NCBI GenBank assembly: GCA_964616425.1 | Contig: CAZTQY010000001.1 | Coordinates: forward strand, 23,008 to 87,007 | Direction of reading: 5' to 3' | DNA from: an uncultured Candidatus Saccharibacteria bacterium | GTDB lineage: Bacteria > Patescibacteriota > Minisyncoccia > Phycocordibacterales > DATDWN01 | DNA length: 64,000 bases | In this document: positions 22,101 to 31,233 of the stretch, piece after piece | How positions within the stretch are numbered: position 1 is the first letter of the stretch | Layout: every line of letters begins with the position of its first letter | Notes under the pieces: model-generated | Seen by the model: the letters and a program-made list of their open reading frames with translations, nothing else | Told to the model about the DNA's origin: nothing | Databases searched by the model: none | Position numbers and translations under genes: made by a program

Positions 22101-23898
22101 AACTTGTAACTGTACCATCTGTAAGGTTGAACGAAGCTAGATTATTCCTAGTTGTTGCACCATTAACAGTTGTAAACAGGCCACCTGCATATAGATTTGT
22201 GTCATTAACAGCGATAGACTTTACATATGAACCATATGAAGTAGTAACATTAGGATCCCAACTAGTTGCAGTACCTGTAGTAAGATCAAAAGCGGCAAGA
22301 CCATTTCGTACAGTACCGCCATTTACACTTTTAAATTGACCTCCGGCGTACAAATTACCTCCATGTATTGCTATTGAATAAACTCCAAAGTGATTTGTAT
22401 CATCATAAATAACATTTGGATCCCAACTTGTAACCTGCCCTGTAGTTGGATCAATTGCAGCAAGGCCATTTCTATCTACATATGGTCCAACATATGTCAT
22501 ATTTTGAGTACCACCTCCAACATACACATCAGTCACGCTTGTAGTCGCATTAACATTTTCAAATCCGGTACCAGAACATGTACTATTCAACTTTGTATCT
22601 CCACAGATAGGATCAGGGTTCCAACTTGTTACCGTACCATTTACTAAATCAAATGCAGCATAATCATTACGAGCTGTATTAGTTGTACCTATATTCACAT
22701 GATCAATATTTCCAGCAACATAAACAGCATTATTGTTTATAGCTAAGCTTCGAATGGCGTATGTACTGTTTGATGCACCAGTAATAGCTATATCTGGATT
22801 CCAACTTTGTACCACCCCACTAAAATCAAAGGCTGCAAGATTTACTCTAGTGGTTGTACTAGTTGTTGAGCTAGCTACTTCAAAAATACCTCCCACATAA
22901 ACTGTAGTATCACTAACAGCTATAGCATAAATTGGTGGGCCTTGTGTTGGAAACTGCGGGTCAGTAACTCCACCCGTAAAGCTTGATTTTAGTGAACCAT
23001 CAAGTAAGTCAAATGCAGCTAAACTCTTGTGAGCTATCGAGCTGACAGAAGTAAATGTTCCTCCAACATACAAAGTATCTGCAGAAGCTGCGGCAGATAT
23101 AACTTTCGGTGACCCGGGTCCTCCAAAAGATGGATCCCAACTTGTTACAGTACCATCTGTAAGGTTAAATGCTGCTATTCCGCCACTTCTGGTTGCAGGT
23201 GTAGTTGTGGTATTAACTTGAGTAAAACCACTACCGTATATATAGGCAGTAGAACTGGCAATAAGCATTCCAACTGGTGAGGCATTTAAACTAGGATCCC
23301 AACTAGTAACAACTCCGTTACTTATATCAAATGCTGCAGCACGTTTTCTTAAAACAGGGGTTGAATTTATATTTACAGTTAAAAAATTACCGACAGAATA
23401 CAGAGTACTACCATCTAAAACAATAGAATAGACTTCTCCATCAGTACTTGGATCAAAATTAGTGTCCAAACTTCCATTTGAATTTATGTGAGCTATGTTG
23501 TTCCTTGAAACGTCCTGTACTGTACTAAAGGAACCGCCAATATACCAACCACCTGAACCATCAGGAACAGCTGATCGTATTCGACCATTAGTCCTGCCTC
23601 TGGAGTTCAGAGTCGCAACTGCTGTACTTTGGTCAACAGCAATACCTCCACCAACCAGTGGAACACTCACCACTTCGTCAAAGAAACCTCCGACATATAT
23701 TGTCCCATCTGGACCAATTACCGTTGAATACACCTCACCGTTAAACCCAATTGTGTCAGTCCTTGGAATAGAAGTGAACGCGCCCGTTTTATAAATATCA
23801 AAACTAAGAAAACAAATGAGGACCGAAATAAACAATACACTAAATGCAATAGTTGAAGACTTGTACCGAAAAATCTGATTAATAATTCTTTGGGGCAT
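16132..23898 (-). CDS. Giant (2588 aa) multidomain surface protein: beta-propeller repeats, RCC1 repeats, TolB/PD40-like propeller, Fn3/Ig-like modules, C-terminal membrane-anchored region
   Basis: Repeated LYAGGxF...LAAFDLTxGxVTSWNP, GTLWAWGYNANGRLGLG and ISADGRYVVFES units; WGTVYDSITKRP...TDIEGRYGF C-terminus. Confidence 0.8.
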   Translation of the reverse strand: MPQRIINQIFRYKSSTIAFSVLFISVLICFLSFDIYKTGAFTSIPRTDTIGFNGEVYSTVIGPDGTIYVGGFFDEVVSVPLVGGGIAVDQSTAVATLNSRGRTNGRIRSAVPDGSGGWYIGGSFSTVQDVSRNNIAHINSNGSLDTNFDPSTDGEVYSIVLDGSTLYSVGNFLTVNINSTPVLRKRAAAFDISNGVVTSWDPSLNASPVGMLIASSTAYIYGSGFTQVNTTTTPATRSGGIAAFNLTDGTVTSWDPSFGGPGSPKVISAAASADTLYVGGTFTSVSSIAHKSLAAFDLLDGSLKSSFTGGVTDPQFPTQGPPIYAIAVSDTTVYVGGIFEVASSTTSTTTRVNLAAFDFSGVVQSWNPDIAITGASNSTYAIRSLAINNNAVYVAGNIDHVNIGTTNTARNDYAAFDLVNGTVTSWNPDPICGDTKLNSTCSGTGFENVNATTSVTDVYVGGGTQNMTYVGPYVDRNGLAAIDPTTGQVTSWDPNVIYDDTNHFGVYSIAIHGGNLYAGGQFKSVNGGTVRNGLAAFDLTTGTATSWDPNVTTSYGSYVKSIAVNDTNLYAGGLFTTVNGATTRNNLASFNLTDGTVTSWNPDIDTGTDPINGDQHLVNSIALSSTTLYAAGLFSTVNNGTTPATRYNLAAFNLTNGAVTSWNPSIHNSPISDTDWATTTAGTQFTLSLKTNGTLWSWGCDCYGELGNHERDSSDPTQVGTDTWKDIAASDGDASAIGIKTDGTMWSWGLNAFGELGLGDLLIKRTILQVGSDSDWSRVVLGLYHTLALKSDGTLWAWGSNYDGELGQNDLVHRYTPTQIGTDTNWIKIAAGSEFSLAIKSDGTLWAWGYNANGRLGLGDTTERDVPTQVGTDTDWSDVVADSDHVLALKTSHTLWAWGYNANGRLGLGDTTQRLSPTQVGTDTDWASLGAGDAWSFAVKQNGTLYAWGLNSNYKLGLNDTTQRLSPTQVGTDTDWAYAYGGEDHSVGLKTTGRLFAWGDNTSGQVGQNWSGTSYYLVPTEVVRKDQDILIYSISLNSNALYAGGQFTAVNYATTPVYRDDVAGFNLTDGTVTSFNPDLGTKSYGGWSHYPVKTILATDDLLYIGRQISIPNPSYTYSSFTRGEYKLPGDEAMAFNLSNSSLYSWLPNLNRSYGYTSLTSLFSNGNKLIIGGVFDQTNSTTSPNFLTNFAIFSNTSPNAPTSLGPTQYVDGSSTTNTQPQFTFNLSDDDVLDTVKYRVIISHNSDFSSPSVDYVSSITSQGSFSFTVGQSAGLGTYNVGSSGQTLYNGDYYWKVKTLDQDTASSAYTSANSGAIAFTVTGGDDEPTPEAPATCNQPIRYNVSSTGTEANDVSGGLKSSVSADGRYIAYSSKATNLVSGDLNTVEDVFVYDRVNQTTERISVSSAGGESDGVSDYPQISADGRYVVFESAATNLVSDDTNAHWDIFIRDRVSNTTILVSNALGGGFAAGDALSPFISPDGNKVAFSSGASDMIASDTNGQQDIFIKDLTSGVTTRVSEATGGVEAVGYSSNPVLSYDGRYVVFASVDDNLAAGDNNSGNLNEAKRDVFWHDTQTGETRRVSVSTSGVGADQGAYDPSISWDGMIVAFESDSTNLVEGDVNANWDVYVRDMNNSTTEKVDLNDRGAPVSTYGYSYYDNYMSYDGRYITFESEDTDVVTDVTATGYDIFVRDRVASTTRIASANSDCVADGGWGSGISPDGQYVHFMSGGTSLVASDTNGIDDNFLVKMLNTLPVTITALGPSNRVDGSSGAESTPTISFNFSFPAKYQVQIDNSSDFSSPVVDYTSEWGSWNDISFVVGQSEGNGVYTVGSSGQTLSDDSYYWRVRATDNNGVSTAYSTANSGDVAFIVGIPSTPTPTPSTPSSGNASNGPIVGSYGQINTPYVSPFIASIQSGNPPPTPPVLTSSVPEPVPVEVKSDVKITTEVDTKTSTTTVNEIVTEETTQPETVEVTNTVTTTPNPADLSSLPPCPTVLGAYIAAASSNASEKNQSSKSSSNANKATPVENVVALPVDSFDYSINNGATIKEVNAIFVSSIKHAREFRKLVINSINKKDPNHKAVIKYANDQYKVSREIARNARKIRKAFLKNKPKNVPTPAPIVVEQSGTSTENIQVSTQLSTSTNTVTNDGSNSSNENVTDSSPSTNNDGSNVVSVNTGVVSADKDGNPCIVYKEVVLPSVTKEETNTPSTPSETISNDLNNDQDNTSTIKDIISSIINGISGIGYESPSEYFSDIYTSYYDYASADTQDFIGTLPDRVDNVYVQSVGNVAVAVPLLTSLALSTRAFANGAVPFAGFASYLFYFVPQLIKVKRKSKPWGTVYDSITKRPIPFARVELLNSESRKLESAVTDIEGRYGFLVSPQFALGSNALIQLKVYQKNYSFPSVEIPTTNEKILYENIYQGGPINVQDTTVNFDVPMDPLSIDKVLRPTYFGIISVGFNNLLTRLSDGLFVVGVIFGITNYTTHPNLLGLLPIVLILVAALFRVSGFKLKSFGLTLENLTKNVLPFTFIALHNINGQREKFTVSDEQGRYFILSTRGQHILKAYTAAHINPMRQISLPIDAKEGWVSKEIEL

Positions 23899-24026
23899 TA
23901 CTGGTTTTATCTTTAATTTGATTTTTGGAAATCAAATACGCAGAAAACATTTACCTCACTAATTTGGCTAATTTAATTATACCAAAACACCCCTAAACAT
24001 AAAGCTATTTATCAACAAAAAATGTG

Positions 24027-24563
24027 CTATTTTTTGAGCAATTTTTCAAAATTCTTGCTTACTTTTTCCAGTTTTGGATTAATAACTAACTCACAATATG
24101 GAGCTTCTTTATTTTTCTCAAAATAATCCTTGTGATAGCTCTCTGCTACGTAAAAAACATCAAGCGGCATAACTTCTGTAACCACAGGTTTTCCTTCTTC
24201 ATTAGAATTATTAATTTCCACTATAAAATCCTCAGCGATTCGCTTTTGTTCTAGTGTTGTATAAAAAATAACAGAACGATACTGTGTACCAACATCATTA
24301 CCTTGTCTGTTTACAGTTGTTGGGTCGTGACTACCGAAAAATACAGTGAGAAGATCTCTATAGCTCACCTCTTTTGGGTTAAATTCTATTTTAGTGCATT
24401 CAGCATGACCTGTTGTGCCAGAACTAACCTGCTCATATGTAGGATTTGGTGTTGTGCCACCTGAATACCCAGGTAAGACAGCCGAGACTCCTTTTAACAT
24501 CTTGAAAACTGCTTCTGTACACCAGAAACAACCTCCACCAAATACTGCTATTTCTTTTTCCAT
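24027..24563 (-). CDS. msrA: Peptide-methionine (S)-S-oxide reductase
   Basis: GGGCFWC, GHAE, RQGNDVGTQYRS, AESYH; start placed at MEKEI. Confidence 0.97.
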   Translation of the reverse strand: MEKEIAVFGGGCFWCTEAVFKMLKGVSAVLPGYSGGTTPNPTYEQVSSGTTGHAECTKIEFNPKEVSYRDLLTVFFGSHDPTTVNRQGNDVGTQYRSVIFYTTLEQKRIAEDFIVEINNSNEEGKPVVTEVMPLDVFYVAESYHKDYFEKNKEAPYCELVINPKLEKVSKNFEKLLKK

Positions 24564-24631
24564 AACCTTATTATATAACAAAACCACTCTTTTGAGTGGT
24601 TTTGTAAAATGAATATATTTTATTTTTTTAT

Positions 24632-25492
24632 TTATTGTGTGACTCCTATTTTAAATGCTGCTAACTCGGCTGCCGGGTTACCCTGTCCTCCATGTTGAGC
24701 CATAAAAGAACTAGTTGCATCTACACCACACATACCCTTAATTGCTGCTTGACCTCCAGGATGCTGAGAAATCCAAGCAGTTAGGTTGTAAACTCCACCA
24801 TTAACCACAGACCAACAGTCTGAAGCTGAATTATGTGTAGAAACCTGAGCAAGAGTATATTTTGGCAAAGTTGAGCCTGTAGAAGCTGAAACTGAGACAT
24901 TTGGGACACTCACACCAGCAGATACTCTAGTTGTTCCACCTCTATCATCGTCATCATCGTCTTCTGATTCATTTTCATCATCTGAATCATCTCCTCTTCT
25001 TTCTGTTTTTTTAACTGATTCTGAATTACTTGATTTTACAGTAGAAGTTAGGCTCACTTTATCTTCTAAAGTCTCATCATCTGAATCTTCACTGTTTACT
25101 CCAATGTTTGCGGCGATTTCAGAATGACTTTTTACTTCTCTCTCAAAATCACCATCTATCTCGTCAGCAGATTTTGAGTCACCCTTTGCTCTGATCTTTA
25201 TGACGTTCTCATTTATCAGATCAACTTCTTTTAAAAATGAATTTTTAATTTCTATACTCTGTTCTGCAGATAAACTTCCCTTTTCCTTCAATTTTTCTGC
25301 TTCAACTAAACGTTTTGCAGCCTGATGAACAGAAACTTTTGCATCAGCCTTTGCAGTTAAAGCTAAAGCAGACTCGAGTTTCTCATTTATATTGATTTTA
25401 ATAGGATACAATGCATCTCCGGGTAAAGAATTTTCAGCTACAACCCCAGTTCCTCCACCAATTACTAACAGTATTAATAATGCTATAGGCAT
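24632..25492 (-). CDS. Secreted DUF5667-like helical protein fused to a cytochrome b5-like heme-binding domain
   Basis: SLPGDALYPIK N-terminus; HNSASDCWSVVNGGVYNLT...HPGG...H C-terminus. Confidence 0.8.
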   Translation of the reverse strand: MPIALLILLVIGGGTGVVAENSLPGDALYPIKININEKLESALALTAKADAKVSVHQAAKRLVEAEKLKEKGSLSAEQSIEIKNSFLKEVDLINENVIKIRAKGDSKSADEIDGDFEREVKSHSEIAANIGVNSEDSDDETLEDKVSLTSTVKSSNSESVKKTERRGDDSDDENESEDDDDDDRGGTTRVSAGVSVPNVSVSASTGSTLPKYTLAQVSTHNSASDCWSVVNGGVYNLTAWISQHPGGQAAIKGMCGVDATSSFMAQHGGQGNPAAELAAFKIGVTQ

Positions 25493-25572
25493 AATATGAT
25501 AATTAAATTATAAATCAAAATAACGGTTAACCCAATTTGAGACGGCTTTCCAGCACGAATCTTACACCAAAA

Positions 25573-26574
25573 CTAAACTATCATTACTGGTTCGATGATT
25601 ATAGATTTGTAAATATATAATAAACCAAAAATTATAAAAAGTATGCCTATAGCGAGGATGACTGCCCTTATATTGTGCGCCCTAAACTCAACAAAGACTG
25701 TAAAGACTAGACCAATAACGACAAGTAATGCGATAAATAGATATACAAAACTCAAAGTCCTCTCTGGAGAGAGTAATGCTTGCTCTATAAAGCTAGAATA
25801 TTTTATTTGAGGGGCAACCGTGGTTGCCACTGGTGTCTTTTCAACTGAAACAAAAAGTTCTGTTGTTCCATTTTCAGATGTTACTTCTGTTGAAGTTGAT
25901 TCAGAAAGCACAGAACTCACATTTGTACCCAAGCCTATGTTAGAACTTGATTGGGGTTTACTCGAAACTACTTTTGGCACTTCTTTACTTGCACTAATAG
26001 TTGATACAGATTTTGCAGGTCTACCAAAAAGTTGAACAACAAAAGTTGTCATTCTACCTTTATACATACCATCTGCAGTTGCGATACCTACTTCAGAAAA
26101 ATTATTGTTCATTATGTTGTCTCTGTGACCAGGTGAGTTCATCCAAGCAGTATTTACATCAACAGAATCATTAAAGTTAACAGCTAGATTTTCTCCAGCA
26201 TAACTAAAATCATATCCAGCCTCCTTAAACCAATACCATGGAGTTTTGCCATCTGGACTTTTGTGAGCAAAGTAACCTTTTTCTGCCATATCATTAGCCT
26301 TGAGCTGTGCAGCCTTTTCCAAAACAGGATTGATGGCCAAGTGACTATAGTTTTTTGCATCACGATCCTTGTTTGCATAATCAACCAAAACCTTTGGCAA
26401 TACAAGAGCGGTAAAATCTGTACTAACCAAAAATCTACCAGAAACTGCAACTAGAAATAGAACGAAAACAGTGAGCAGTATTATAAAAACAGAAAGTCCT
26501 CGAAATATATGTGGTCTATAATTATTTACTTTGTGAGGAATAAAATATTTCTTGAACCATTTGAACATTCTCAA
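25573..26574 (-). CDS. CAP/SCP domain membrane protein
   Basis: KANDMAEKGYFAH, AGENLA and WMNSPGHRDNI motifs. Confidence 0.9.
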   Translation of the reverse strand: MRMFKWFKKYFIPHKVNNYRPHIFRGLSVFIILLTVFVLFLVAVSGRFLVSTDFTALVLPKVLVDYANKDRDAKNYSHLAINPVLEKAAQLKANDMAEKGYFAHKSPDGKTPWYWFKEAGYDFSYAGENLAVNFNDSVDVNTAWMNSPGHRDNIMNNNFSEVGIATADGMYKGRMTTFVVQLFGRPAKSVSTISASKEVPKVVSSKPQSSSNIGLGTNVSSVLSESTSTEVTSENGTTELFVSVEKTPVATTVAPQIKYSSFIEQALLSPERTLSFVYLFIALLVVIGLVFTVFVEFRAHNIRAVILAIGILFIIFGLLYIYKSIIIEPVMIV

Positions 26575-26622
26575 ATTGTAGCAATTGAAACCAAAAAATA
26601 CAAATCAAGTTTTGTAAAGGTA

Positions 26623-26652
26623 ACAAAAAGCCCTATTTCTAGGGCTTTTTGT
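26623..26652. terminator. Intrinsic terminator
   Basis: acaaaaagcccta-tttc-tagggctttttgt downstream of 26679..31100. Confidence 0.8.
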
Positions 26653-26678
26653 GCCAAACTTTAAATTGTACTAGCTAA

Positions 26679-29600
26679 TTATTGAGCGTTTGGGTTCAAT
26701 GACCAAGGAACTAGTGGAGGTAACTCCAAAGATAGTTCTGGACATTCAAGCTGATTAATTTTCTTTACTGTTGATAGATATACAATACCTGTTGGACCTG
26801 TTAGACCCCATGGTTTTAGAATATCATCTCCATATTTTTCCTGGAACTTCTTAACTTGTACAAATGTTAGTGGTCCATAGAATCCAGTTACTGGAATGTT
26901 AGAACCTAGCCATTTGTTTAGGAAAGTCTGAAGTTTCTTTACTTGTTCAGAATTATTCTTTGAACTTCCAAGTTTGAAGTGTGAATTGATATAGATACCG
27001 CATGATTCACCCAAAACTTCACCCTGTGGAGCTCCATTACCAAGTACGAATCCAAAGTTAACTGGACCATTACCTCCTCCACCACCAGTTGTTCTGAATG
27101 TTGGAGTGTCATCTGTTGGCTCTTCCTCATCTATAACTACTGGGTTTGATGTTGAATAAGTTAGGTTATCAATAAGGAATCCTTTTCCTGTGTTTGCTGG
27201 ATGAGCTGTTCCTCTAGCCTGGAAGATTAGAGTCTTTACGATTCTTGGTGATTGTTCTGCTGATGACTCTGAATCGAATCTATAATAATTCTCCCAACTT
27301 TTTCCAGTGTGAACCAAAACACCATCAATGTAGATTTTTACGATATCGTTAGATGCTCCGTCAACAAAGTCCATTACAAACTTAATTTTGTGTGGGATAG
27401 ATCGATTTAGATTATCAGCAACTAGCACCTCATCAAAGCTTATTGGGCCTGTACCAGATACATCATCAAAGTAGACATCCAATCCACCTGCAGTATCTTC
27501 AAATCTTAGGTAGCTCATTCTTGAACCATCTCCTCGATCTGGTGAAACTGAAATATGTAGACCTGGTTGTTCCTGACATGGTTGAGTTGATGCAATATCA
27601 AACTGAGCCTCAAAGTGAGTTTGTCGAGTACCTGCTGAGAATGCGCCAGCTGTTGCAGAAGCCTCTCCAGCTCCATTTGCTACTCCTGGAGCAAACACCC
27701 AGTCTCCAAATGAACCACTTGTAGCTCCATCAGAGATTCTAAATGATTGTGAATCAAAGCTTGCATAACCATATGTGTTTGGCACAATAGCGAAGTCATA
27801 TGGGCCTGTTGCTGACCAACCATTTTGTCCATTGATTGCGCCAGTTGTATAACTCTGAGTAGACTCAAATCTAATAGCTCCACTGTTATCTGATGTGTCT
27901 GTATAAGTCGCAGGACATGATGGTGGTTCAACTGGTCCTGGACAAGGTTTGTTTACAACAATCACTGTTCTATCTGATGTTATATCTGTAAATACAGGTG
28001 CTGTTTCAGTCAACGTAGCTGAAAGTGCTGATGAAAGATCATTGCCTGATTTGTAACCAAGTAAGTAATACTTTCCAACTTCACAAGCTTCTGAGTTTGA
28101 AACAACCACTGCACCGTCTACTACTTCTGAAGTTGTGTAATCTGCTGGAGCTTCCATTGGAGCAGTATCGGCTGAATATTTTAGAGTTGCTCCTCCATGA
28201 TTATCTCCAAGCACATATGATCCTGATGATGATACACCACTATTCAAGTTGGCTGTTTGCCATGTTGCTGTCATTGGGAAAGCTGGAATCTCTGCATTGT
28301 CTGAAACCTGAGAAATTCCATCACCATTATCTAGATATTTGTATATATGTACCTTTAGTGTAGTTGCACCTTGTACCTCTCCACACTTATGGTTCCAAAC
28401 TATCATGTAACTCTCACCATCAATAGTGAAAACTGGAGGAGTAAGACTTTTAGTTGCATTTTGTGCCTCACTCAGACTAGATCCTGAAGTGTAACCTACA
28501 AGTTCATACTGTTTACCTTCCTGACAGCTTGCTCCAACTAGACTTGTATCCAAGTTTTCGTTTGCAGTATATGTCGCACCAGCTGGCATTTCAGAAGTTG
28601 ATGCCTCATAAGGCTCATCTCCATTTGTCCATCCTGAAGGACTTAGAGTAAATGGTGCATTATAAGTAGCAGTAAACATTGGGAATGATGCAGAAACTGC
28701 ATTTATAATGTTTGCCTGTTCACCATCAATATATTTGAAAATGTGAACATGACCATTTGTTGGTTCATGAGGAGTTTCTGGAGGAACACATCTTAAACTT
28801 ACACCATCAATATATCCACCATAGCTTGTATCTGTTCCAATATCATTGAATCCAATAACAGTTGATGTAGTCGTTGCTGTAAAGTTTCTAGTGTATGAAG
28901 TCCATACAGTATCTGAATTTGATGTTCCGTCTGCAGTTATAGATGAACCAAGAACTAATCCGCCTGCCTGAGCTTCTAGAGCGTTATCAGCAGAGTCTCG
29001 TCCTGGTCGTGGTGAATATTTGAACGTAAGAGCATAATTCATACCTGGAGTTGTAGAAATATTTTGAGAAATATTTACTGGGTGATAACCATCTAGTTCT
29101 GCGAACTGATCACCTAATCCTGGATCTGGGTTACCAGCAACGTGATTTTGGATTTCAAGTCCCAATACTCCACTTGTTAGTGGATTGAACCATGCTACCA
29201 ACCATTTAAGAGCTGGATTTGAATCTGGAACTACACCCCATGTACCTGAACCCATAGCTGGATCTTCAAAAGAACCATTTTGTATTAATTCTACATTTGC
29301 GTCACAGACTGGAAGTTCACTTTGGCAAAGTGGTGAGTATGGTGAAATCGCTAGTGACTTGTCTGTAAACTCAAATGAAAGTTCTGAGCTTACTGTATGT
29401 CTTTCTGCAAAGAATACATCCACGATATGAGTACCTGCAGTCATGCTGATTGAACCAGACTGAGTACTTGCTGCATGTATACCATGGTTATCAACCTGCA
29501 CTACTCCGTCAACCAATACCCAAGCATCATCATCAGATGAAAGCGTATAGGCATAGTTACCAGTTACAGGAACAATAACTTTTGCTGAAGAATGAACTCC

Positions 29601-31100
29601 AAAATGATATTCATGAGAATTTATTCTTTGAGATGGATCTGCATAAGGCGCAACGTTATATGGTGCAACATCAAATGGGTAGAAGTTTGAGCCGAACATT
29701 AAGTTCGAATCAACCTTATTAAATTTATAAAACTTTGGTGTGTACCACTGATAAGAATCTGATAAAGAATCTGCTGGGTTTCCTCTATCTGTAGACCAAA
29801 TGACTTCTCCATCCTGCATAAATGGATCTGTTGCTTTGTAGTTGTAATACTGAGAATACCAGCCTGAGCTAGGAGTATCCACTAATGGACACTCTGTTGG
29901 TGGAGGAGTTAATTTTGGAGCATTAAATGCGAGACAGTTATATGTAGTATTTCCAACTACTGGATCTATCCAATCCCAGTTATCATAATTCAAAACATCA
30001 GTATTACAGTACAATTCTGCTGAAACATTATCTGAATTATCTGGGTGAGCTGGGAATGTAAATGGAATGTAACCGTCTTTCAAAACTTCTCTTACCCATA
30101 TCTTTCCTCCAGAAGGAATACTTGTAGAAACACTTCCACTAGTATCTGTTAAACCAAATGTATTCCAACCATCAAGAGACCACATAAACTGCCATCCAGG
30201 TTCTACGTGACAATTTGGATGCTCAGAAATAAAAGTTGATGCAGTACTTGCTGTAATATCTGGACCTCCATTACCCCAGTTTGGTAAATCGGATTCAGAA
30301 TCACAAACTATCTTTGTTGCATTTAGTGTTGCTGTAGGAGTTGGCTCTGGTTCTGGATTTACACACTCGTTGTTCTGTACTGAAACTTTGTACATAAGTC
30401 CTGCGGGATTAGCTGCTGGATCTGCACTTTGTTCAGCACTTTCCCAGTTTGTAACTGTGAATTCGATAGTGTTAACACCGCTCACAAGAAATGCTCCGAT
30501 ATTATATGAATCTTGTGTTGAACTTTGAAAATTATCTTGATCAAAAACTACAGGAACTACATTTCCATTTACTTTTACTGAATAACTGTTATCAGCCGCA
30601 ACATCCAATGTTCCACCTGTTGGAGTTCCGACAATTATGAAATTTTCTACAAAAACTTTTGTTAGATCTCCATCATTTGTTGGGTTTTCAACCGGATTTG
30701 ATGTCCAAATCCATGATGCGCCTGGAATGCTAGCTGTCCATGCGGGATGTGTTGGAGAAAGTAGCACTGCATTTTCGACACCTGGAACTTCTGTACTTGT
30801 ATCACTAATGTATGAAGCGGATGCACTTGCATTACATGCAGGTGGTGTTGGGATATTTTCAGGATCATTACACCAATCATCTTGACCCTCTGAAGGTCCT
30901 CCGTATAAAAAGTCTCCGTGACCCAAATGAGCATTAAGTGAACTCTCATTTGGAGTATCCATATAGCTGTAACTATTTCCAGTCTTATGGCAAATTTCTA
31001 TTTTGTTAGAATTAGAAGTTGCCATTGCAGACACAGGAAAAGCTCCTAAGGTTGATGTAACCATAGAAAGCATTATCAAAACAGAGAATATTTTTTTCAT
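26679..31100 (-). CDS. Large secreted surface protein with PA14-like and DUF642/CBM-like modules and C-terminal peptidoglycan-binding domain
   Basis: Signal peptide; LSSDDDAWVLVDG...FFAERH (PA14-like); LIQNGSFE...ELD...YGGYIDGVSL; VKKLQTFLN...GFYGPLT. Confidence 0.78.
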   Translation of the reverse strand: MKKIFSVLIMLSMVTSTLGAFPVSAMATSNSNKIEICHKTGNSYSYMDTPNESSLNAHLGHGDFLYGGPSEGQDDWCNDPENIPTPPACNASASASYISDTSTEVPGVENAVLLSPTHPAWTASIPGASWIWTSNPVENPTNDGDLTKVFVENFIIVGTPTGGTLDVAADNSYSVKVNGNVVPVVFDQDNFQSSTQDSYNIGAFLVSGVNTIEFTVTNWESAEQSADPAANPAGLMYKVSVQNNECVNPEPEPTPTATLNATKIVCDSESDLPNWGNGGPDITASTASTFISEHPNCHVEPGWQFMWSLDGWNTFGLTDTSGSVSTSIPSGGKIWVREVLKDGYIPFTFPAHPDNSDNVSAELYCNTDVLNYDNWDWIDPVVGNTTYNCLAFNAPKLTPPPTECPLVDTPSSGWYSQYYNYKATDPFMQDGEVIWSTDRGNPADSLSDSYQWYTPKFYKFNKVDSNLMFGSNFYPFDVAPYNVAPYADPSQRINSHEYHFGVHSSAKVIVPVTGNYAYTLSSDDDAWVLVDGVVQVDNHGIHAASTQSGSISMTAGTHIVDVFFAERHTVSSELSFEFTDKSLAISPYSPLCQSELPVCDANVELIQNGSFEDPAMGSGTWGVVPDSNPALKWLVAWFNPLTSGVLGLEIQNHVAGNPDPGLGDQFAELDGYHPVNISQNISTTPGMNYALTFKYSPRPGRDSADNALEAQAGGLVLGSSITADGTSNSDTVWTSYTRNFTATTTSTVIGFNDIGTDTSYGGYIDGVSLRCVPPETPHEPTNGHVHIFKYIDGEQANIINAVSASFPMFTATYNAPFTLSPSGWTNGDEPYEASTSEMPAGATYTANENLDTSLVGASCQEGKQYELVGYTSGSSLSEAQNATKSLTPPVFTIDGESYMIVWNHKCGEVQGATTLKVHIYKYLDNGDGISQVSDNAEIPAFPMTATWQTANLNSGVSSSGSYVLGDNHGGATLKYSADTAPMEAPADYTTSEVVDGAVVVSNSEACEVGKYYLLGYKSGNDLSSALSATLTETAPVFTDITSDRTVIVVNKPCPGPVEPPSCPATYTDTSDNSGAIRFESTQSYTTGAINGQNGWSATGPYDFAIVPNTYGYASFDSQSFRISDGATSGSFGDWVFAPGVANGAGEASATAGAFSAGTRQTHFEAQFDIASTQPCQEQPGLHISVSPDRGDGSRMSYLRFEDTAGGLDVYFDDVSGTGPISFDEVLVADNLNRSIPHKIKFVMDFVDGASNDIVKIYIDGVLVHTGKSWENYYRFDSESSAEQSPRIVKTLIFQARGTAHPANTGKGFLIDNLTYSTSNPVVIDEEEPTDDTPTFRTTGGGGGNGPVNFGFVLGNGAPQGEVLGESCGIYINSHFKLGSSKNNSEQVKKLQTFLNKWLGSNIPVTGFYGPLTFVQVKKFQEKYGDDILKPWGLTGPTGIVYLSTVKKINQLECPELSLELPPLVPWSLNPNAQ

Positions 31101-31147
31101 AATAGTAAATTAAAACTAGTAATAATTATTAATAATTTCACACAAGC

Positions 31148-31233
31148 AAAAACCGGCCAAAAAGACCGGTTATGCTATTAGCTCCCTATAGTCCAAGCGT
31201 CCAAATACGGACTATAGTTCATCGCTTTCTTCG
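31148..31233 (-). promoter_or_regulatory. c-di-GMP-II-like riboswitch with overlapping intrinsic terminator
   Basis: Minus strand GAAAGCGAUGAA-CUAUAGUCC-GUAUUUGGACGCUU-GGACUAUAG-GGAGCUAAUAGCAUAACCGG follows class-II aptamer layout; ACCGGUC-UUUUU-GGCCGGU-UUUU terminator lies 5' of the ATG. Confidence 0.7.
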
